Shown here: piece after piece, positions 55,566 through 64,000 of the stretch | Numbering within the stretch: the stretch's first letter is position 1 | Layout: the number at the start of each line of letters is the position of its first letter | Assembly (NCBI GenBank): GCA_964016885.1 | Contig: OZ024741.1 | Location: 41,106,001 to 41,170,000, forward strand | Reading direction: 5' to 3' | DNA from: Eledone cirrhosa | Lineage: Eukaryota | DNA length: 64,000 bases | The notes under the pieces: model-generated | Seen by the model: only the letters and a program-made list of their open reading frames with translations | Database searches by the model: none | What the model was told of the DNA's origin: nothing | Program-made: the position numbers and the translations under genes

Positions 55566-55696
55566 GAACCAAATGAATAAATATATTTTTAAAAAAATAA
55601 GACTCCAGTTGCATTTTCGATATTTCATCTTTTTTCTTTATACTTTCACTCGTGTAGGACACCTCGGTTATTTTTCATTTTGTAAAAAAACCTCAC

Positions 55697-55743
<47 letters not shown>

Positions 55744-55762
55744 TATGTATATATATATATTT

Positions 55763-58700
55763 AAATCATTAGTTCATCCATTGGCCATTCTCTATCGTTT
55801 TTTCCCCGAATCCAATCTTTGTCTTTCTACTCGATACACTGTCGTATTTTCCAAAACAAATCTTGTATTTTTGTTTATGCTTGTTAAATTAAGCCCAAAA
55901 TACGGGGATCTTATTTATAACCTTACCTTCTCGCTAACTACCCACCATCCCTCCCTCCCGCCCCCACACACCACCATTATTACGTGGACCAATCATAAGT
56001 CAGAAGCCTATACTATCGCTTCCCTGGTTGCCTTTCGATATGATGGATGGACTACGGAATTCTGGAGAGTTGAAGAGAGAAAAATCTGGACGCTCAGCGA
56101 CAATGCCAAAGATAAAGACAAATTCACCTCGTGGACGAGAATGCAAGCACTCCTCCTCCTTGTTTCGGCCGCGGATGGTTAACATAACCCCACGCCCCAC
56201 CGTTCCCACCCTCCAAACGCAATCCAAAACTTCAGAGTTGGTACCATGAATGTAGGAACCTTAAAGGGTCGCTCTAACGAGGTTGTAGAAATGCTTGAAC
56301 GTAAGGAGGTCGATGTTTGTTGTATTCAAGAGACCAGGTGGAGGGGTGGGTCTGCTAGATTCATCGTGGGTAAAGAACGATGCTATAAGCTTCTCTGGGT
56401 GGGAAATGACAATGGGCTGGGTGGAGTAGGAATCATGGTAGCAGCAAAGTGGGCAGATAAGATAATAGACGTAAATAGAGTGAACGACAGAATAATTAAA
56501 GTAAGACTTGTCCTCAATAGAACTACGGTGACAGTAATATCTGCGTACGCACCCCAATCCGGACTGCCTGGCACTATAAAAGACAGATTCTATGAGACAC
56601 TGATGCTCACTACCTCCCAAATAACCGAAAGTGACTATATAATTATTGCAGGTAACCTAAATGGTCACGTTGGACCACATTGTGACGGCTATGACGGAAT
56701 CCATGGAGGCTATGGGTTCGGTACTAGAAATGAGGAAGGCTCCAGAATCCAGGAATTCTGTGAACCAAATAACCTAACTATCTGTAACACTAACTTCAAA
56801 AAATGAGACAATCACTTGATCACCTATAGATCGGGGGAACACACAAGCCAGGTAGATTATATCCTTACCAGAAGACGTGACAGAGTGTCTGTTGTAAACA
56901 CTAAATCCCTCCCCCATGAAGAATGCACCTCCCAACATAGACTCATAATTAGCGACCTCATAGTCAGGACGAGACGTACCAGACAGCAGAAGAGGACTAT
57001 CCTCAGGAGAAAAATATGGAAGCTAAACGACCCCACAGCCAGAAATAAATTTCAAAGCATATTACTTGATGCTTTCGACAGTAAGGAAGAGCAGTTAGAG
57101 TCGTACAATATAGAGGAACAGTGGGAATTCCTGAAAGCAAACCTGCTGACGGCGGCAGACGAAGTCTGTGGGTGGAGCAGGCCTGTAGGCAGGAGGAGAG
57201 TAACATGGTGGTGGAACAGTAAGGTGGAGGAATCAATTAAGGCCAAAAAGCAGGCTTGGAAAGTATGGCTGGATGAGGGAAGTAGAGAAGACTATCAAGT
57301 GGCCAGGAGGGAAGCTAGGAGACAAGTGTACTTCGCAAGAAGGGAAGCAGAGGAAAGAAAGTTCAAGCATGTTCTACAACGTGAGGACCAAAAACGTGAG
57401 GTGTTCAGGATTGCTAGGCAATGTGTCAAGGAAAACCGTGATATTGTCGGGGAGAAGTGTGTACTTAATGATGATGGCGTACTTGCCATCACTGACACTG
57501 ATAAGAGGGTAGCTTGGAAGTGTCACTACAAAAGGCTTCTAAATGAGGAGAATAAATGGGAGAAAGACAGTCTCCCCCACATTGACCCAATAGAGGGACC
57601 AGCAGTGTTAGTCGAAGGTAGTATAATAAGTAAGGCAATCAAAGATATGAAGACAGGTAAGGCGGCTGGGCCTTCGGAAATAGTTGCTGAGATGTTGAAA
57701 GCCTCTGGAACGGTGGGACACACCATGGTCACCCGGATAGTAAACCAAGTCATACAGAATGGGGTTGTTCTGAAGGACTGGCGTAGCAGCATCATCATTA
57801 ACTGTTACAAGCGTAAAGGAGATGCCCTAGATAAGAGTAACTATAGAGGCATTAAATTAATCGACCAGGTCATGAAGGTCACGGAAAAAGTAATAGCGCA
57901 ACTAATCAGAGAGAGAATTGATCTAGATGAAATGCAGTTCGGGTTTGTGTCAGGCAAAAGTACCACAGACGCTCTTTTCATTGTACGACAACTACAAGAG
58001 AAGTACCTAGCTAAAAGTAAACCCCTATACTTAGCTTTTGTTGACTTGGAGAAAGCCTTCGACAGAGTCCTCTGTTCCATTATCTGGTGGGCTCTTAGAA
58101 AACTAGGTGTTGACGAATGGCTTGTGAGAGCTATACAAGCCATGTATAAAGAAACAGTCAGCAAGGTTAGAATTAACAACGAATATAGTGAAGAGTTTAG
58201 CGTAAAAGTTGGTGTTCATCAGGGCTCTGTTCTTAGCCCCCTACTATTTATTATTGACCTTCAGGCTATAACAGTGGAGTTCAAGACCGGCTGCCCATGG
58301 GAACTCCTATACGCAGATGATCTAACGCTCATAGCTGAATCAATGGCCGAGCTAGAGAAGAAATTCCAAACATGGAAGCATGGCCTAGAATCAAAAGGCC
58401 TTAAAATTAACCTGGCTAAGACTAAAGTTCTAGTTTGTAGGAAAGAAAATAAGGCGCCGGTCCCTTCCGGGAAATGGCCATGCTCAGTGTGTAGGAAAGG
58501 CGTAGGTAGAAACTCCATTTTATGTCCCAAATGCAAAGTATGGGTGCATAAAAGATGTAGTGGGATCACAGGTAAGCTAACTAAGAACATAGATTTTACA
58601 TGTGTCCGGTGCTCTGGTGCAATAAGTAGCAGTAAGTGCACACAAAATACTAGCTCTTTCAATTGCGCAGAGGGTTCTATAGAAATAGTGGACAGCTTCC

Positions 58701-59658
58701 GTTACCTGGGTGACAAAATCAGCAGTGGGGGAGGGTGCTCTGAAAGTACAGTAGCTAGAGTCAGAACTGGATGGAAAAAGTTCAGAGAGCTTATACCACT
58801 ATTAGCCGCTAAAGGTTTCTCCCTAAAAATGAAAGGCAGGTTGTATGATGCCTGCTTACGAACAGCAATGTTGCATGGCAGTGAGACCTGGGCATTGTGT
58901 GCAGAGGATATACGCAGACTAGAGAGGAACGAAGCTTGCATGCTCCGCTGGATGTGTAATAGTAATATACGTGAACGGCAAAGCATAAACGAACTAAGGG
59001 AAAAATTAGAAATAAGAGGGATCAGATGTTGTTTACTCGAGAGAAGGCAAAGTTGGTATGGTCACGTGATGCGCAAGAAAGACGACAGCTGTATAAAAAA
59101 GTGCAGGGCAATAAAGATAGACGGTAGCCACGGAGTAGGCAGACCCAGAAAAACCTGGGACAACCTGATAAATTCCGACCTCACACCTCTTACACCTCTC
59201 CAAGACAATGTCACTGGACCGAGATCTTTGGCGGTACTAAGTAATAGAGAAGACCCGCCTTGCCTAAATACAAAGTAAACCTACTACAGTCAGTAGGCAT
59301 CTCTAACAAAATACGCTCCCCGTCACACCACCCCATCCACACCACCCCTTTCAATGTAAAGTTACGTTGGTGCCACAACATCCAGGCCGAAACAAATGAG
59401 ATCGTGTAGGTGTCACGACAAAAAAACACACAGTCCACGCTGTAATGTGGCCATGTAGGCAACACGGTAAAAACCTCCCAGTCCCACACTGTAAATGTGG
59501 TTGGTGTTAGGAAGGGCATCCAGCTGTAGAAAACCCGCCAGACAGTACTATGCGAGCAAGACAACCACTCTTGCCTCAAGTGGGAAAACTCCCGACCAAA
59601 CCCATGCAAGCGTGAAACATGGACGTTAAACGATGATGATGATGATGATGATGATGAT
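55763..59658 (+). mobile_element. Near full-length RTE-clade LINE (5'UTR, APE endonuclease, RT with internal PHD-type finger, 3'UTR, (GAT)n tail)
   Basis: APE motifs (RVGTMNVGTL, CCIQETRW, ISAYAPQ, SQVDYIL) and RT motifs (NYRGIKL, QFGF, AFVDLEKAFDRV, GVHQGSVLSPLLF, LLYADDL, FRYLG). Ends in GRPRKTW and a (GAT)n tail. The 5' boundary next to (TA)n is approximate. Confidence 0.93.
56231..59278 (+). pseudogene. RTE APE-RT ORF, disrupted by one in-frame TGA (56804-56806) and a late frameshift near 59185
   Basis: ORFs 56246-56806 and 56816-59278 are in the same frame (NFKK*DNHLITY). The C-terminus departs from the frame of the 10541-11476 copy after LINSDLT. Confidence 0.9.
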
Positions 59659-59858
59659 ATATATAATTGTTTATTATATATTCTCATATTATTTTTACCA
59701 TATCTCTCTTTATTTCCTTCAAAGATAAATTGCAAAGTCTACTTTAAATTATTTTCTAATAAGCTATATTTTCTACTTAGAAAATGATTATTCCAAGAAT
59801 ATGTGGCAAGGCACATCTATTTAGCAAAAGATAATAAATTAATATTATGTTTGTATAT

Positions 59859-60517
59859 ATATAGACGGTAGCCACGGAGTAGGCAGACCCAGAAAAACAT
59901 GGGACGAGCTGATAAATTCCGACCTCACACGCTTACACCTCTCCAAGACAATGTCACTGGACTGACACCTTTGGCGGTACTCAGTAATAGAGAAGACCCG
60001 CCTTACCTAAATACAAAGTAAAAACCTACTACAGTCAGTAGGCATCTCTATCAAAACACACCCCCGTCCCACCACCTCCACCCCATCCACACCGCCCCTT
60101 TCAATGTAAAGTTATGTTGGTCCCACAACATCCAAGCCGAAACAAATGAGATCGTGTAGGTGTCACGACAAAAAAACACACAGTCCACGCTGTAAATGTG
60201 GCCGTGTAGGCAACACGGTAAAAACCTCCCAGCCCCACACTGTAAATGTGGTTGGTGTTAGGAAGGGCATCCAGCTGTAGAAAACCCGCTAGACAGTCCA
60301 CGCTGTAATGTGGCCGTGTAGGCAACACGGTAAAAACCTCCCAGCCCCACACTGTAAATGTGGTTGGTGTTAGGAAGGGCATCCAACTGTAGAAAACCCG
60401 CCAGACAGTCCTATGCGAGCAAGACAACCACTCTTGCCTCAAGTGGGAAAACCCCCGTCCAAACCCATCCAAGCGTGGAACACGGACGCTAAACCTGATG
60501 ATGATGATGATGATGAT
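59859..60517 (+). mobile_element. RTE 3' fragment with an internal ~113-bp tandem duplication in the 3'UTR
   Basis: Matches 59117-59658. The unit beginning CAGTCCACGCTGTAA occurs at 60181 and 60294. (GAT)n tail present. Confidence 0.9.
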
Positions 60518-60526
60518 ATATACACA

Positions 60527-63155
60527 CACATATTAGTCAGATAGATTTTATCCTCATCAGAGGACGTGACAGATGGACGGTCGTAAACACAAAAGCCTTC
60601 CCTAGTGAGGAATGTACTCCCAACATAGCTTAGTTGTCAGCGACCTCACAGTCAGAACTAGACGAAACTGGAAACAGAGGCCAACCTGAAGAAGAAAGAT
60701 ATGGAAGCTGAAAGACCCCTCAACCAGTAACAGATTTAAAGATATTTTACTCAACGCCTACGACAGTAAAGAAGAACAGATAGAGACATTCAATGTAGAA
60801 GAGAACTGGGATTTCCTAAAAAATAACTTACTAGAGGTGACGGATGAGGTCTGTGGCTGGAATAAGACCACAAGCAGGAGGAGAGTGACTTGGTGGTGGA
60901 ACAATAAGGTAGATGAGGCAGTTAAGGCCAAGAGACAGGCATGGAAAGAATGGAAGAACGGGGGGAGCAGGGTACATTACATAGAGACCAAGAGGGAAGC
61001 TAGGTGACAAGTATACTTAGCTAGGAGGGAAGCAGAGGATAAAAAATTCAAGCATGTTTTGCAATGTGAGGACCAGAAACAGGTGTTCAAGATTGCGAGG
61101 CAGTGTGTCAGAGAGAATTGTGATGTCATTGGAGAGAAGTGTATCCGGAATGATAAAGGTGAGCTTGCCCTCACAAGTGCTGAGAAGAAAGATGCATGGA
61201 AGAGTCATTATGATAGATTACTAAATGAGGAGAATGCATGGGAAGAAGAGACCCTACCCCAAGTAGACCCTATAGAGGGGCCAGCAGTACAAGTCAGCAG
61301 CAGCGTAGTAAGTAAGGCAATCAAAGATATGAAGATGGGGAAGGCAACCGGTCCATCGGGTATAGCTGCCGAGATGCTGAAGGCATCTGGGTCTGTAGGT
61401 CACACTATAACCACACGTATTGTTAACCAAGTAATACTAGAAGGTGTCATACCAAAAGATTGGTGCAGTAGCATCATTGTCAACTGCTACAAAGGTAAAG
61501 GTGATGCACTAGATAAAGGAAACTATAGAGGTATAAAGCTGATGGACCAGGTCATGAAAGTAACAGAAAGAGTTAGAGCACAGTTGATTAGGGACCGGGT
61601 GAAACTAGACGAGATGCAATTTGGGTTTGTACCAGGAAGAGGCACCACTGATGCCCTCTTCCTTGTCAGGCAGTTACAGAAAAAGTACCTAGGTAAAAGT
61701 AAGCCACTCTACCTGGCATTTGTCGATCTTGAGAAAGCCTTTGACAGAGTTCCACGTGCTGTAATCTGGTGGGCTCTTAGAAAACTAGGAGTAGATGAAT
61801 GGCTTGTGAAAGTGGTACAAGCCATGTATAGAGGAGCAGTCAGCAAAGTTAGGATTAGCAATGAATATAGCGAGGAATTTAGCGTACAGGTTGGGGTCCA
61901 CCAGGGCTCTGTTCTTAGTTCCCTCCTGTTCATCATAGTCCTGCAGGCAATAACGGAGGAGTTTAAGACCGGATGCCCATGGGAACTCCTGTATGCTGAT
62001 GACCTCGCACTTATAGCTGAATCTATGGTAGAACTAGAGAAGAAATTCCAAACTTGGAAGCAGGGACTAGAAAGAAAGGGTCTCAAAGTCAACATGACAA
62101 AGACTAAGGTCCTTGTAAGTAGAAGAGAAAACAGAACCCAGATCTCCTCAGGGAAATGGCCTTGCTCAGTATGTAGGAAAGGTGTAGGTAGGAACTCCAT
62201 TTTCTGCCCCAAATGCAAACAATGGGTACACAAGTGATGTAGTGGGATCTCAGGAAGCTTAATTAAGAATGTAGGCTTCACATGCAGCAGCTGTGCTGGG
62301 ACAGCAAGCAGCAAACAGCCACAGGAAACAAGTAACACCAATCTCTGGGTGTGCTCTGTAGAAACAGTAGACAGCTTCTGCTACCTAGGTGACCGAATTA
62401 GCAGCGGAGGTGGGTGTTCAGAAAGTACAATAACTAGGGTAAGAACGGGATGGAAGAAGTTTAAGGAACTACTACCACTGCTAGCTGCAAAAGGCTTCTC
62501 CCTCAAAATGAAAGGCAGACTGTATGATGCGTGCATCCGAACAGCGATGTTGCATGGTAGTGAGACCTGGGCGCTGAAGGTGGAAGACTTACGTAGATTA
62601 GAGAGAAACGAAGCCTGCATGCTCCGATGGATGTGTAATAGTAATATACGCGAACGACAAAGCATAAATGAATTGAGAGAGAGACTGAGCATAAGAGGAA
62701 TCAAATGCTGTGTGCAGGAGAGGCGGTTGCGTTGGTATGGACATGTGATGTGTATGAAGGATGACAGCTGCATAAAAAGGTGCAGAGCACTAGAAGTCGA
62801 TGGAAACCGCGGAGTGGGGAGACCCAAGATGACCTGGGATGAGGTGATAAAAGCCGACCTTACACAATTACACCTCTCAAAGGCAATGACACACGACCGT
62901 GACCTCTGGCGTCACGCAGTAATACAGAGTACCCGACCTCCCATGGGTACAAGCTGAAGCATATAGACAATATGCCCCCACACTCCCCCACTGCAAGGTG
63001 GTCGTGGAGGTGCCACGGCAAAAAAGCACCCAGCCCACACTGTAAAGTGGACATGTAGGCGCCACGAAAAAGCACTCAACACTCACTGTAAATGAGGTTG
63101 GTGTTAGGAAGGGCATCCAGCTGTAGAAATCAAACCAAATCAGTTCCTGTATGAG
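60527..63155 (+). mobile_element. RTE LINE, sister subfamily, 5'-truncated and lacking its tail, with several stops/frameshifts
   Basis: SQIDFIL near 60535. RT ORFs 61059-62237 and 62349-62957 have the same motifs and the same Cys-rich insert. The 3'UTR is divergent but related (GGTGTTAGGAAGGGCATCCAGCTGTAGAAA). Confidence 0.9.
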
Positions 63156-64000
63156 CAAGGCATGGGTCCGAAAATCAGAGACAGAAAGGACGACTGAACA
63201 ACTAGCTGCTTTCACCTCGGTCAGTCGCTCTCAAGTGATGGAAACTCGGTCTACTAATGACCATCTGGTGAGGGGGCGAAGGCTTATAAGGTACTAGCAT
63301 CTCTCCGTCAGAGAATAAAAAAAGAAAGAAAGAAAGAAGAAAAGTCAGCATAAGGGTCACACTACAGTTATGCTAGAAGACGCTGCGAAAAATGTTATTC
63401 CAAAGAATCCATATTTTAACAAAGGCATATATATGGGTGTCTGTATGGTCTAACGTGTGAACAGAAAATTGGAAAGTTAACTTATGTTAAGAGTTATAGG
63501 ATGAAATTAAATTATTAGAAAATTAATAGAAAATTAAAGGTTTGTGTTGCTAGATTTATTTAATGAAATTACAGATAGTCTTATATGAAAAAGTTTAAGT
63601 GTATTATAGGGAATCTCGATAAGTTATCAAGGTGGGATATAGAGTAAAGATAAAAGCCTTCGATTGTAAATCCCAGCCAGCACCTAACCACGTGTCAGCC
63701 AGTTTCGAGTGGTATCGTCTAGCGAAATAAATGGAAATTAATTTTTCCGAGTACTCTAGGAACCTATCTGCGATAGGCTCCGGGTGTGCCAGCGGGACGT
63801 CAACAAGCTTCTACAGGTCATCGTCTATACCAAACGAATACTATTAATTCACACAGGAGGGGTTTATTTACGTGCCAGCACAGGGGGGCATGATACAGCT
63901 AACAGATATGCCTAAGCCTAGAGTTTATGGGATGAGTATAAGGTGGCGGTCAAAACAGGCAGTGCGGCGGGTCCCGGAGCAAATCGAGCCGCTCCGAGTA

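Larger units (their letters stand above)
55344..55642. repeat. Near-perfect ~300-bp palindrome centred on 55494
   Basis: ...GGTTTTTCTCAC T GTGAGAAAAACC... The arms match out to TATAAAG/CTTTATA with small indels. Confidence 0.95.

Noticed and set aside
61709-62341. Long antisense ORFs over the RTE copies (also 10459-10860, 10900-11400, 58261-58662)
   Set aside because: Shadow frames of RT coding sequence with no recognisable motifs.

Overview
This is eukaryotic, AT-rich, repeat-dominated DNA, either intergenic or intronic, and I found no host protein-coding exon I can support. The repeat repertoire and microsatellite load suggest a mollusc, probably an octopod cephalopod (inference only). Contents: (i) RTE-clade LINEs, namely a near full-length APE+RT copy at 55763-59658, 5'-truncated copies at 9228-11828 and 60527-63155, and many 3' tails. 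The three long copies carry a C4HC3 PHD-type finger inside the RT core. (ii) Fragments of Rex3/Expander-like RTE, R4/Dong-like, Tx1-like and L2-like LINEs. (iii) tRNA-derived SINEs, piggyBac-type and mariner-type MITEs, and extensive micro/minisatellites that explain most of the low-complexity ORFs. (iv) The most interesting layer: a 5'-truncated Penelope-like element with a Naiad-type GIY-YIG endonuclease (48885-50575, minus), plus several sequence-unrelated short modules embedded in (TA)n arrays. These carry type I hammerhead ribozyme folds (8946-9036, 25338-25369, 43695-43760, 44201-44266, 48669-48734, 48897-48970, 55423-55458, 55530-55565). They repeatedly occur as head-to-head palindromes with 3' ends pointing out into (TA)n, sometimes begin at or next to the predicted cleavage site, and several share a downstream ACTC...TTGAGTRC motif. 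All ribozyme folds were read by eye and none has been tested for activity.
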